This document shows, piece by piece, positions 48,401-58,000 of a stretch of 64,000 nt of DNA; position 1 is the first letter of the stretch, and every line of letters begins with the position of its first letter. Origin of the DNA: a virus (taxonomy: Duplodnaviria > Caudoviricetes). The stretch spans positions 12,384 to 76,383 of IMG/VR virus record IMGVR_UViG_3300012665_000962. One strand, 5' to 3'. The position numbers were made by a program, and so were the translations under genes. Below the pieces are notes generated by a model that worked only from the letters and a program-made list of their open reading frames with translations, ran no database searches and had not been told where the DNA came from.

Positions 48401-48589
48401 AGTTATTGGAACTGTAGTTGTGTTTTGTTTTTCTAAGTCAGTGTAAAAATTTGGTGATGATGTGTGTCCATGTAAACATACAAAGGATTTTGCTCCGTAT
48501 CTAACAATATCATCTTTGACATAGTTAAAACTAGGTGCCCAATCACCTAACCAGGTAAATTTTATTCTACTTATTTTAAATTCGGCCAT
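42473..48589 (-). CDS. Giant fibre/spike-like protein (2038 aa), paralog of 36147..42419
   Basis: Same N-terminal MAEFK..RI.F.W and repeat architecture; two propeller-like repeat clusters; no C-x-R-D inserts; TATAAATA at 48619-48612. Confidence 0.8.
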   Translation of the reverse strand: MAEFKISRIKFTWLGDWAPSFNYVKDDIVRYGAKSFVCLHGHTSSPNFYTDLEKQNTTTVPITADPQWQLMFDGYEWQGDWTPLTFYNNGDLVKYRGIVYICVNRHTSLSSTVGLEGSFVNWAPYARTEEWTGDWTPNTKYSLNDIVKWGGIVYRCIFDHISASLTSGLEGNQGSWEVVVPSEQWKGNWAVSTKYKVNDIVKYGGIVYRCSIAHTSAATVSIGLEIDLDLLDSTLTKWEIVQEGIEYLGDWVPEITGITPSPGYRYKLNDIVKWGAGIWICSEGHTSEDTFDLTKWIIYVPGFEYDNTWDSTTIYQKGDVVKYGGYSYYALRNNINSIPSTALGDSTLDNWELLTKGFKIQGEWATATAYRVGDVLRRSGQLYVAVNDTTTDPNDDAVNWELVIPGEKWQTRWQTGTNYVIGDMLTFQSNTYRCLVKHTSNLATRPDVDASGLWTLVNEGDEFNSLREQGDLKFYGVTEDGSSIGNTNLPIGIDGQALQVTSSNEPDWASFQLVEKVYYVSLDGVDQPTYGTTINAPWRTVKYACDSIIGPATIFIKVGVYSEELPIKVPRDVALVGEELRSTIIEPAQGYALSNMFYVNNGTGIRNMTLRGLNGTLGPFNQYLTQRPTAGAYVSLDPGLGPDDTSVWIVNKSCYVQNVTTFGNGCTGLKIDGAIHNGGNRSIVANDFTQVLSDGIGVWCTNKGLTELVSVFSYYGHIGYLAENGGKIRATNGNSSYGTYGCVAEGVAEDELPISGVINNQTQEAQIRAAFSGEANDEILKLEFSNAGQNYTSANFAFTGSGVNAQVIGDEIRDNAIFEARILDPVDSTGSIGGGGYISTGNNAQAGNEYTVTIATGDQNDITTYYGCRIIIQSGTGTGQYGKVVSYNTVSKVISVASEHLQTITSTSTSSTNNRILADTTGLYPGMPVYLSYETINVVITATSIGTNRVTLNSNAGLVVGMPIQFEGPIGVISGTTVYYVQSIISNGTQITISTTNGGGVFPLTNAVATINGTAGGMLGGLSHGQLYWVTTENFSSTQFSVSTSGVLGTPETLTTQIGLMYIDRAGWSHVNAGTTNIPLLDTTSVYRIEPRPTFSLPPYSESGLSVAGGGLTWVDAAYGAGKWALLSQSGTLLTYDGDVFSTVTLPIPTGGTYSAIHYGNDKFVAIATNVDSIGNPAVTAYSSTGASWTSGTMAGTVSNWADITYGGGKFVAISATSGTTAAYSLDGITWSSATLPSPGIWASVAYGGGKFVAIRTTSSAAAYSLDGIAWNTATLPRSLTWTSVTYGNGRFVAVASGDTRVAISFNGIDWVGSDTQIPVSSNWAKVAYGQGKFLAISSSTTSSVAFSDDGFYWEVKTVSGNVGRSALAFGNPNNIGSWITLPVNGNSANLITYGSQARGRVEVNGGRISLVKLWDPGSGYTGTEPTLTLTDPNITSSADFECRLANGVLGNPTFINRGIGYKTSTTIVTVSGDGFADILPVGQNLILDNVTRIPRTGANLTLDLIAWENSNMPVTNLWSSVVYGDKFVAVAGVSGSPTTGAAYSVNGSSWSSATLPASAAWCGIAYGNGKYVAISTLSTEAAYSTNGITWFSAALPAARSWKTVIFGSGVFVAIASGTNKAAYSLDGQTWLESNMPANADWTGLGIGNGLFMAVASGGTVAATSSNGIDWNGKALPSSASWSLVSFYAGQFITVAAGSDKLAYTTDDGTSWNEITLPVSATWSTLIHANGKYLLASSVGTFITSSDGLIWKTRSIALSSVKSFAAGANVFVAVGTGPLAAVAPDGSTDIVYRVLTIALLSGTPPTARVAIRISPAFTRTNAPINGVDVVIREKYSQVRLTGHDFLEIGTGNFVDTNYPLTSVNNFQPDKEVYYRGGGRVFYTSTDQDGNFRVGELFAVEQATGVITISADYFDLSGLSEIRLGGIRVGGTGVVIREFSTDATFTADSNNIVPTQKAIKAYIGRRISGGGSDAATGRLIAGTVSIGPDSIGNTTGIRNQITVPMVFKKGQGGYMTAWSMFADSFNSQLDWQDIGRDLG

Positions 48590-48614
48590 TGTTTATCTCT
48601 TAAATTTCAAATAT

Positions 48615-48977
48615 TTATATACCTGCTGGGTACGTGTAATTTTCGTTAATTCTTATAACTAGCTGTCCATCGTCGTCAATGTAATAAAACACGTCTCTAC
48701 CGTCCCAACGATATTGTTCGTATTTGATGTTAGCGTACACTAACTGATGTGTTACATCTCTTCCTTCAGTAAAATCTATGCCCAATTCAAAATCGTTGTA
48801 GTTGTCTTCTGAGGATCCTGGGTTATTAACTGTGATAACATCGTCAGCTCGTAATTGATCTAATTTTCCCATATACAGCTCACCGTCGTCGGTTCTTCTT
48901 AAACCATAAAAATATCGCTGAACACCCTCACCTAAAAGATTTTGTAGATTAACATCACCAACATAATATGTAGACAT
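48615..48977 (-). CDS. Hypothetical small virion-region protein
   Basis: 120-aa ORF with AAGGA SD inside the late operon. Confidence 0.7.
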   Translation of the reverse strand: MSTYYVGDVNLQNLLGEGVQRYFYGLRRTDDGELYMGKLDQLRADDVITVNNPGSSEDNYNDFELGIDFTEGRDVTHQLVYANIKYEQYRWDGRDVFYYIDDDGQLVIRINENYTYPAGI

Positions 48978-48986
48978 GATTTTTCC

Positions 48987-49316
48987 TTATACTAACTCAA
49001 CGTAACTGACAACAACATCAATAGCATTATCTGTATCCGACTCTGCGTAGATAGCATTATTCTCTGCTAAAACTAATTTTTCACCACCGTTAACAATACG
49101 AGCACTCTGATATGGCGGTAAAGTTATATCTTTTATGTAATACCCCATGACTGAACTAGCGTCTTCAATTAACACACTGACTCTTACAGTGGCTGTGGTC
49201 AAATTACAAAGACTAAATCCAATAACTGTAATACGACTAGCTGGCTGAGTTTCAATCAACCGAGTCCTTGTGGTTCCTAATTCGTTTACAATTTTATTTC
49301 TAAAAAATGTTGCCAT
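48987..49316 (-). CDS. Small virion protein of the LYT.P...CN family
   Basis: 109 aa, LIETQP...TVIGFSLCNL...PPYQS....GGEKLVL. Confidence 0.7.
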   Translation of the reverse strand: MATFFRNKIVNELGTTRTRLIETQPASRITVIGFSLCNLTTATVRVSVLIEDASSVMGYYIKDITLPPYQSARIVNGGEKLVLAENNAIYAESDTDNAIDVVVSYVELV

Positions 49317-49321
49317 GAGTA

Positions 49322-52300
49322 TTATCCAAAAATAAGTGCGTTTCTAATTGCGATATCTTCTGCTTCTGTTATTGTTACGCCGCCGCCTGCGCCAGCAGCT
49401 GAAATCCATTGTGTTCCATCATAAATTTCAACACGATTATCAGTGGTGTTGAAACGTATCATACCTGTTTCTACGTAAGCACCACGTTGACTGTCTTCAC
49501 CGCTTGGTATTACAAATCCAGTGGTACCTGAGATTTTAAAATAACCAAGGCCTGTTTGATTGAAAAAAGTAACACTATCAGCTACTGTATTAGTTATCGT
49601 ATTTTGTTTAAAGGCAAAATTACCAATAACTGTGGATCCAGTGCCGTTTGGAGCAAATATTATATCAGCGTCAGGCGCTGTAGTTGATATAGTTGTGCCG
49701 CTGATATTAATATTGTCAACTTGGACTTCTGGTACATCTAACCTGCTAGCAGTCAACGACGCAGTCAGCGAACCGTTATTATAAAATCGTATAGTATTGT
49801 CGTTTGCCCCTGGAGTAAGCTCGGCAGTGATATATGTGTTTCTATCAACATCCCATACTCCGTCTAATCTACGCCAGTAAGTTCCGTCAAAGCCTTCGTA
49901 GCCACCAATATCTGTGTTGAAACGCACCATACCAGCTTGGCCAACAGGGCGTTGTAATTCAGTGCCCGCTGGTAATCTTAAACTCTGTGTAGAGTTTATG
50001 GTTACTATTCCAGTGCCGTTTGGCTGTAACACTAAATCCTCATTGTTTTCAGTACTGATAATATTTTGATTAACAAATACCTGTTCAATTTCAATAGCGC
50101 CAGTTCCGTTGGCACGTAATTCTAAATTAGCGTTGGATACTGTGGTTTCTATCAAATTACCATTTATTCTAATGGCATTGGTTCGTAGAGTTGGTGCTGA
50201 TACTTGATTACTAGCTGTAAGATTTGCGGTAGTAGTGTTTTCAGTTACAGATAAATTTTGTGTAATTTCAACATTATTGTTTGGAATTAAAACTACTCCA
50301 GTACCTGCTGCTTGGAATAGTAAATCGTTACTGCCTATTGTAGTAGTAATTACATTATTTTCAACACGGATATCTTTAAATTGTGCTGCGCCGTCAACAG
50401 TTAAAATTCCTGTAAGATTGTAAGCACCAGTTTGATTTACTGTACCTGTTTGTGTAGTATTACCTGTTTGTGTTAGTGTGCCTACGAGTGTGGTGTTTGC
50501 CAGCACAGTTGAGTTTGTCACTGTTAGGTTTTGGCCTAGTGTGACATTATTGTTAGGAATTAATACTGTACCTGCGCCGTGCGCTCTAAGTTCTAGATTA
50601 CTATTGCTTAGAGTAGTCTGTATTAAGTTACCTTCGATAACTATGTCGCCATCGCTGAACGCATCAGTGTTTAGTGTTTGATTTACTGTAAGTGTGCCAG
50701 CAGTAATATTACCTAAGACTGTTAAATTTTGTTCAACTAATACATTATTGCTCGGAACGTAGACTCTACCAGTACCAGCAGCTTCTAATGTAAGATCATT
50801 ATTGCCAATAGTAGTAGTAATAACATTGTTATCTATGTTAATGTCATAGAATTGTGTTTCACCTGTTACTGATAAGTTTCCGTTAAGTGTAAAATTACCA
50901 GTCTGTGTAAATGTGCCAGTTTGATTAAAGTCACCGACTTGGGTTATTGTTCCAGTTACTGTAGAATTATTAAGATACGTAGTTCCGTCAACGGTAAGAT
51001 TATTGTTTATCTGTACATTGTTAGTTGGAACTAGAACTTGTCCTGTGCCGTTAGCACGTAATTCTAAATCACTGTTGCTAACTGTAGTTCTAATTAAGTT
51101 TCCAGCTAGCTCTATATCGCCATTGCTCAACACAGGAGCAGTCATGGTGCCTATAGTATTGATGTTGTAGGCTGTGAGGTCACCTAGCACAGTAAGATTT
51201 TGATCTATCTGTACATTATTATTTGGTATGTATATCTTGCCAGTGCCACTGGCATCTAATACTAGATCAGTACCTAACGTAGTGCTGACTGTATTGTCGT
51301 TAATTCTTACATCTTTAAACTGCGCTACTTCACTGATGTTGATTGAGCCAGTTAGTGTATAGTCGCCAGTTTGATTTGTGTCGCCAGTTTGATTTAACGT
51401 TCCAGTGTGTGTTAATGTGCCATCAATTTGTGTATCATCTAGAGTAGTGTTGCCTAACACTGTAAGGTTGTTGGCAATCTGTAGATTGTTTGATGGTATG
51501 TTAACAACACCAGTACCATTAGCAGACAATTCTAAATCACTGTTGCTCAGCGTTGTTTTTATTAAGTTTCCAGAAACAACAATGTCGCCTGTGCCAAATT
51601 CCGGAGCAGTAATCGAACCAGTTAACTGTAATTGATTTAATACCGTAACGCCAAGAACCGTCAAGTCTTGTGAAATAACAACATTATTAGTAGGAACAAC
51701 AATATTACCAGTACCACTGGCCTGTAACTGTAGATCGCTGTTAGAATTTGTAGTTCTAATATTATTATCTTGTACAGCAATTCCTTCTAACAATAAACTG
51801 TTAACAGTCAGTAACCCGTTTAATGTATAATCGCCAGTTTGAGTAGTATTACCAGTTTGCGTTAGGTTGCCAGTCTGCGTAATATTTCCGGTTATGGTTG
51901 TGCCTTTAAGACTTGTAGCACCTAATACTGTTAAATTTTGATCTAGTAAAACATCGTCTTCAGGAACATATATACGACCTGTGCCGTTGGCAGCAAGTTC
52001 TAGATCTGAATTTGATACTGTTGTTGAAATTCTATTGTCATCGATTACAATATTATCTAAAGTAACCTTAGTTGTAAACAATTCTTTCCAACGTAGGCTA
52101 GTAGAACCTAAGTTGTATGTGTCGGTAACTTTAGGAACAATGTCACTGTCAACTCTGGCGGAAATTGTCACAGTGTCAGTGGTCTGATCACCAATAGTAA
52201 TATTTCCGCCAATGGTTACATTGCCTGTGACATCAAGATTACCTGTGATAAATGTATCACTTTGTAGATTAATTTCGTTATTGAAAGCTGTTATATTAAT

Positions 52301-54934
52301 TTCATTAATAGTGCTTTCTATAGTGTTGCCTGATATTCTTAAATTTCCAGTTTCAATACCAGTAGCTTGAACTGTTGTAGTGTTTACTCCATCTGTTAAA
52401 ACAATACTACCAGTAACAGCTAAGTTACTGTTTGAAAATACTACTTCGCCGGTGTCTTGATTAACAGAAAAATATTCACCTACACGGAAATTGCCTCGAG
52501 CATCTACAGATGAATAGTAGAGTTTTGCTCGATTAAGTTGGACAATTTCGTTGGCCTGGATTACTGCGGTAGGATCGTTGTCGGTGCGTTTGCCTAGGCC
52601 AATGTAGGCTAAGTTCTGACCAATAAGATATGCTATAACCCCGTCGCCGTCACCATAGGCTCCGTAGTCACCGTATACACACGCAGATCCAATACTTCTT
52701 AGTTCAGCACCAAAGTCTGAGTAATCAGCAAAATCTATTAACGCTGCTGTGCCGCCTGTGGTTGTGTTTCGAATGTCTTGTGTAGTGTTACCATCATCTA
52801 AAATAATAGTTGAATTATTTGTACCATTAAAATGTAACAACAATACTGTAGAAGTGTCATTAGTGAATGCGTTTATTGGTGCTGTAAATGTTCCTGTATA
52901 ACGAGCAACACCTTTTGAAATTCTCACATCATCGATGTAGCCATTGAATCCAAGTGTGCCGTCAAAACGTGCGCCAATTGTCAACGGTCCTTGAGTATAT
53001 GTATTATTATCAGTATAAGTGCCGCCTGTTTGCGTACCGTTGATAAACATCTTAGTACTTGTTCCATTCTTTGCGATAGCAAAGTGTGTCCAAGTATTAA
53101 GTGGAATACTGTCACCACTTGTTAAAATGTTGCTGCCGTTAAAAACAACCACTGGGGTATTAGTAGTTGCTGATAGGTAAGCTGTTAGTACTGTTTGAGG
53201 ATTGGCATTTCTAAAATCAAATAAGATTTGATTTGTTCCCGGATTAGCAGTATTATAAATCCATGCTTCTACACACCATGATCCTGCGCCAAGTTCAAAA
53301 TCTGGTTGGCTAACATACGATATATAATCGCCAGTGCCATCTAATGCTAGACTTGCTGTGCCAAATTTCTTTATTGCTGTTGATAGTTTAGCACCGCCTG
53401 CTATAGATGCTGTTTTGCCAGCACGATCACCAAGTGTTTCAAAACCGATGACTTTTCCATCTATGTTAAAAAAGTCGCCGTCGATACTGTCAATAGTACC
53501 TGAAGCAAGAACAGTAGTGCCATCTGTGTCATAGTAAGATAGTGTATTTCCTACATTCCATGTGCCTGTTCTATTAGATAATTTTATTCTTGTTTTACCG
53601 TTACCAGCAAACCCAGCATTGCTGCTGTATAGATACATGCTTTTTCTAGCATAGTATGTAAATGAGTTTAACCACTCAACTCTTGCTCCGTTAGTAGCTA
53701 CTAACGAATCAACACCTGGAGTAATAAATGTCACTGAGTGGAATAACATGCTGGCTTCATTTGAGCTAGCGTTGGCATCGGCACCGTCTACATAAGCTCC
53801 ATGACCAGCATCGCCAGCATCAAACCCTAAAGGATCTGATAAAGAAGTCACGCTGCCTTTGGTCAGTACTGATACGTTTCTTACATATGGTGAACGTGTG
53901 GTTACTGTAAAGTTTGTGGCAAAACGAAACGCATATCCTGTGTTGTCTATACTGTTGAAACGAAAATCTGCTACGGTCAAATCTTCAATAGTTGTTTCGC
54001 CGTTGAGTAAAAAAGCATCTTTATCTACAGTTCCGGCAGTTGGTGTGATTTTTACAGAACGAATGCCTGTACCTCTAACAGTTACACCAACCGGCACAGT
54101 CAACGGAAATATTTCTTGGTACTCGCCGGGATATATGTGTATGGTATCACCGCTTGCTGCCTGTGAAAGAGCTTGTGTTAATGTTCTTACAGGATCAGAA
54201 GGGTGTGTTCCGCTGTAGGTGTCATCACCGTTTTCTGACACATAGATAATATTATCAGCTCGGAACGATAAATTAATACCGTCGATGATAACGTTGGCTG
54301 TGTATATAGCATCAGCATATAAATCTCTAACCCAAGTATCTGCCCAACGTTTGCCGCCCAGCGCAGGATTACTACCCAATGTGTATGTTTCATTGAGATT
54401 AGGAATAATGTCACTGGCAATGTCTGCGTTGAATACAACATTATCAGTGTCAGCATCACCTAGTTCAATATTACCGTCTGCTGTGATATTTCCAGTAACA
54501 TGTAGATTGCCGTTAACCAGCGCATCTGAATATATTTCTACTTGACCAGTGCCGCTTGGTCTTAGTTCTATATTTGCGTTTGATGAATTGGTTTGGATGA
54601 CATTGTCAAATATTGTAAAGTCACCAACTAAGAACTTTGGTGCTATAAACGCAGATTCAGTATTTGTTACAATGTTGATATCACCAGTTGAACTGGTAAT
54701 AGTATTGTTTTCTATAGTGATGTTGCCAACGTCTAATCTATTTTCTAATTCTAGATTAGTTGTTCTTGTTGTTCCGTTGACTTGTAGATCGTGTGTAGGA
54801 TTAGCGGTCTTTACGCCGATACGTAAGTTGTTTACATCAAGATAAAGTAGGTCGGTCTCAAAGGCTAAATCCACACCTTGGCGTAGAAGGTTTGCCTTTA
54901 AGAGCGGACCAGAAATACGACCAAGCTGGCTCAT
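49322..54934 (-). CDS. Giant fibre-like protein (1870 aa): beta-helix, LamG/concanavalin-like domain, long beta-repeat shaft
   Basis: MSQLGRISG start; IYVSENGDD...P.RTL..A; LamG motifs SLALDGTGDY, W.VEAWIY, GYIDDVRISKGVARY (about 52820-53420); repeated SNSDLEL.A.GTG.V.IP.NNV units; SLRLPAGT..QRP..GM.RFNT. Confidence 0.8.
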   Translation of the reverse strand: MSQLGRISGPLLKANLLRQGVDLAFETDLLYLDVNNLRIGVKTANPTHDLQVNGTTRTTNLELENRLDVGNITIENNTITSSTGDINIVTNTESAFIAPKFLVGDFTIFDNVIQTNSSNANIELRPSGTGQVEIYSDALVNGNLHVTGNITADGNIELGDADTDNVVFNADIASDIIPNLNETYTLGSNPALGGKRWADTWVRDLYADAIYTANVIIDGINLSFRADNIIYVSENGDDTYSGTHPSDPVRTLTQALSQAASGDTIHIYPGEYQEIFPLTVPVGVTVRGTGIRSVKITPTAGTVDKDAFLLNGETTIEDLTVADFRFNSIDNTGYAFRFATNFTVTTRSPYVRNVSVLTKGSVTSLSDPLGFDAGDAGHGAYVDGADANASSNEASMLFHSVTFITPGVDSLVATNGARVEWLNSFTYYARKSMYLYSSNAGFAGNGKTRIKLSNRTGTWNVGNTLSYYDTDGTTVLASGTIDSIDGDFFNIDGKVIGFETLGDRAGKTASIAGGAKLSTAIKKFGTASLALDGTGDYISYVSQPDFELGAGSWCVEAWIYNTANPGTNQILFDFRNANPQTVLTAYLSATTNTPVVVFNGSNILTSGDSIPLNTWTHFAIAKNGTSTKMFINGTQTGGTYTDNNTYTQGPLTIGARFDGTLGFNGYIDDVRISKGVARYTGTFTAPINAFTNDTSTVLLLHFNGTNNSTIILDDGNTTQDIRNTTTGGTAALIDFADYSDFGAELRSIGSACVYGDYGAYGDGDGVIAYLIGQNLAYIGLGKRTDNDPTAVIQANEIVQLNRAKLYYSSVDARGNFRVGEYFSVNQDTGEVVFSNSNLAVTGSIVLTDGVNTTTVQATGIETGNLRISGNTIESTINEINITAFNNEINLQSDTFITGNLDVTGNVTIGGNITIGDQTTDTVTISARVDSDIVPKVTDTYNLGSTSLRWKELFTTKVTLDNIVIDDNRISTTVSNSDLELAANGTGRIYVPEDDVLLDQNLTVLGATSLKGTTITGNITQTGNLTQTGNTTQTGDYTLNGLLTVNSLLLEGIAVQDNNIRTTNSNSDLQLQASGTGNIVVPTNNVVISQDLTVLGVTVLNQLQLTGSITAPEFGTGDIVVSGNLIKTTLSNSDLELSANGTGVVNIPSNNLQIANNLTVLGNTTLDDTQIDGTLTHTGTLNQTGDTNQTGDYTLTGSINISEVAQFKDVRINDNTVSTTLGTDLVLDASGTGKIYIPNNNVQIDQNLTVLGDLTAYNINTIGTMTAPVLSNGDIELAGNLIRTTVSNSDLELRANGTGQVLVPTNNVQINNNLTVDGTTYLNNSTVTGTITQVGDFNQTGTFTQTGNFTLNGNLSVTGETQFYDINIDNNVITTTIGNNDLTLEAAGTGRVYVPSNNVLVEQNLTVLGNITAGTLTVNQTLNTDAFSDGDIVIEGNLIQTTLSNSNLELRAHGAGTVLIPNNNVTLGQNLTVTNSTVLANTTLVGTLTQTGNTTQTGTVNQTGAYNLTGILTVDGAAQFKDIRVENNVITTTIGSNDLLFQAAGTGVVLIPNNNVEITQNLSVTENTTTANLTASNQVSAPTLRTNAIRINGNLIETTVSNANLELRANGTGAIEIEQVFVNQNIISTENNEDLVLQPNGTGIVTINSTQSLRLPAGTELQRPVGQAGMVRFNTDIGGYEGFDGTYWRRLDGVWDVDRNTYITAELTPGANDNTIRFYNNGSLTASLTASRLDVPEVQVDNINISGTTISTTAPDADIIFAPNGTGSTVIGNFAFKQNTITNTVADSVTFFNQTGLGYFKISGTTGFVIPSGEDSQRGAYVETGMIRFNTTDNRVEIYDGTQWISAAGAGGGVTITEAEDIAIRNALIFG

Positions 54935-55041
54935 TCGCTCTCCTCACACCCCGTGTTTCACGGTTAACCACCTTTCATTGCGGGTTTACCACAGTTTAAT
55001 CATACAGAAAACGGTCTTTTTCTGTAATCAAATGTATTTAT
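54935..55041 (-). ncRNA. Candidate structured 5' leader of the 1870-aa gene
   Basis: About 100-nt leader after GATAAATA with hairpins TACAGAAAA/TTTTCTGTA and CCGTG/CACGG and a near-direct repeat GTGGT(A/T)AACC; no family recognised. Confidence 0.35.
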
Positions 55042-55052
55042 CGTTTGGACAA

Positions 55053-58000
55053 TTAACCGAGTAGGATGCCGTATAGTTGGCTTAGGTCGTCTATTTCTGC
55101 TTCAGAAGCTGTTACTGAGTCACCGGCTAACGTGGTATATTCTACACCGTTGTAAATCTCCGGGGATTGTATTTGTGTATTAAATCGAAGATCACCTACT
55201 TCTGGCGTCGATGGTCTTGTATCGCTGTCGCCGCTAGGAATTACCAGCGATGTTGTTGAGTTAAATTTTACATAGCCAAACCCAGTGCTGCTTAATGTCA
55301 TTGGCAAACTGTTACTTAAATTTAAAAATTGAGTAGAGTTTATTGTAGTTTGATCTAGTAATGTTGTGCCAGTGCCGTTTGGAGTTAAGTTTATATTGCC
55401 GTTTAATTGTGAACTAAATGTAGAACCGTCTAAGTCTATATTATTGTTTACACGTAATCCGTTAGCTCGCAGGCCAGTAGTGGTAAACTCCATAGTTGCG
55501 GTGCTTGCTGCTACAAAATTTAAAATATTTGATGTATCTGACGCAGTTACTCTAGTGTTTTTGTTAGCAGAATATATTCCATTGAACGGTTTGTTGTCTA
55601 CAGTCCAGCCTTCAAACGCAGTGTTAGATGTGTTAAATCTTAAATCCCCCACTGAACTAGTTAATCGCTGAGCAGAAGTTCCCACTGGCAGTTTTAAAGC
55701 ATTTGTTTTGTTTACTATTAAATTATTAGTTGAAGATGGTCTTAAAGAAATATTAGCATTGGTAGTATTTGCTATTATAGAGTTATTTCTAAAAAGTATT
55801 TCTTCGGCTAATATACCGCCTGTACCATCACCGCGTAAATTTAAATTACTGTTAGATAACGTAGTTGTTATAACGTTATCTTTAATTCTTATATCATCGT
55901 TGTAAAAACTGTCAGCCTGAACTGTTGATAACGCAGTTACGGTTGTAGCATTTATGTTTCCTGTTACAGAAAGATTCAACGATATTCCAACAGAGTCGTT
56001 AAACTTAACTAGACCTGCGCCCGCAGCACGAAGTTCTATATCACTATTTGATATCGTGGTAAAAATTCTGTTGTCAGTAAAATTATAATTTTCAAATCTA
56101 GCTTCAGAATTAGTTGTTAAATTTCCTGTTAGATTATACGCACCTGTAGCTGTATAATTTCCTGTTCGATTTATAGTACCGGTTAGAGATAATAGATCAC
56201 TAATTGAAGTATTTTTAATACTGGTAGTGCCTTGTACTGTTAAATCGTATGTTTCAAAATTATTAACAGGTATAGAAATAATTCCAGCACCGTGCGCTCT
56301 AAGTTCTAGATCAGCATTGGAAATAGTTGTGGTAACAAAATTGTCGTCAATTAAAATAGTGCCTGTACTGATAGCATTAAAATTAACTCTGCCGACAGTT
56401 ATATCTTGTGTATCTAATGTTCCGTTTACTAATAAGTTTTGATTAAACACCACAGGGTTTGTGGCCATAACTATGTCGCCACTGCCAGCAGCACGTAATT
56501 CTAAATCGCTGTTACTATCAACAGTGGTTATTCTATTAGATGTTAATCTAACATTGGCTAAATTTACTGGCTGAGTAATACCATTGCTCTGTGTCAGTGT
56601 TCCTGTGAGATCAAAATCTCCAGTCTGTGTTCTATTGCCAGTTTGTATTATCAGCGCATTGATTAAATTTTGTACAGTAACATTGCCATTTATATTTGTA
56701 TTAGCAAGAACAGCAGTGTTGTTTACAGTTAAATTATTAGAAATTGTTACGCTATCAGAGATTAATATTTTACCAGAGCCATGCGCAGCAAGTTCTAAGT
56801 CAGCATTAGATGTGGTTGTATAAATGCTGTTGTCGTCTACTAGGATTTCTCCGTTTGTTAAACGGTCCATTGACAGTCTATTAACTATTGTTATGTCGTC
56901 AACTGTTAATGTGTCATTGACTGTTAGATTATTTGTTATTTGAACATCATCTAAAATTTCAACTTTATTACTAGCACCTGCTGACAATTCTAAATCTGCG
57001 TTTGACGTAGTTGTACGTACAACATTATCTGTAATATTGATTTCTGTAAGTTGAACCGTTTCAGTGACTGTTAGATTACCAACAAGATTTAGAGTACCAG
57101 TTTGAAATGTATTACCAGTACGGTTTGTCTGCCCGTTATCTGTAATTGTTCCGTTGATTGTTGTTGACTCAAAGTCAGTGAATCCGTCAACATTTAGATC
57201 TTGCCCAGCTTGTAACAAATCTTGTACTATTATCTTGCCTGTGGCCACCGCCGCAAGATCTAGATCACTGTTAGACAAAGTAGTCTTGACCTGATTTCCC
57301 TGTATCTGTATGTTGCCGTTGTATAAGGAATCTGCGCTAACTTGATTATCAACAGTCAATGACGGAGTTGAAAACTGTCCGCCAATAAACAGATTGTTTG
57401 TAATAACAACATTGTTAGTTGGAATTGATACTAACCCGGTTCCGGCAGCAACAAAATTTAAATCACTGTTAGATGTAGTAGTTGAAATAGTGTTGCCAAC
57501 TATAGATATGTCACCTAGATTTATACTTAGGTTATTAAGATAAAAATCACCGTTGAGATCTACATCACCAGTTTGTATTTTGTTTCCAGTCTGCGTGATA
57601 TTTCCGGCTATTAAAAGAGATCCGGTATTATCAACTGATTTTAAATTGCTAGATCCATTAACTGTTAAATTGTTATCAACAGCTAATGGATTTAAAACAC
57701 TTAACTTGCCTGCGCCTGAAGCAGTTAGTTCTATATCAGAATTTGATACAGTTGTAGTAATTCTATTTCCACTAACAGTAATATTATCTAATGTAAGATC
57801 AACCGCTGATAGATTTAACCATTTTAAAGAGTTTGAGCCAAGACTGTTTTCTTCAGTTACTTTGGGTAATAGGTCGCTGCTAATTTCAGCATCAAACTGA
57901 ACTTGATCTATAGTTTGATTTCCAACTGCTAGTGTTCCTTCAACATTAAAATCCCCGGTCATTGACAGATTAGCGTTAACCGTTACATTTTGATTTAGAT

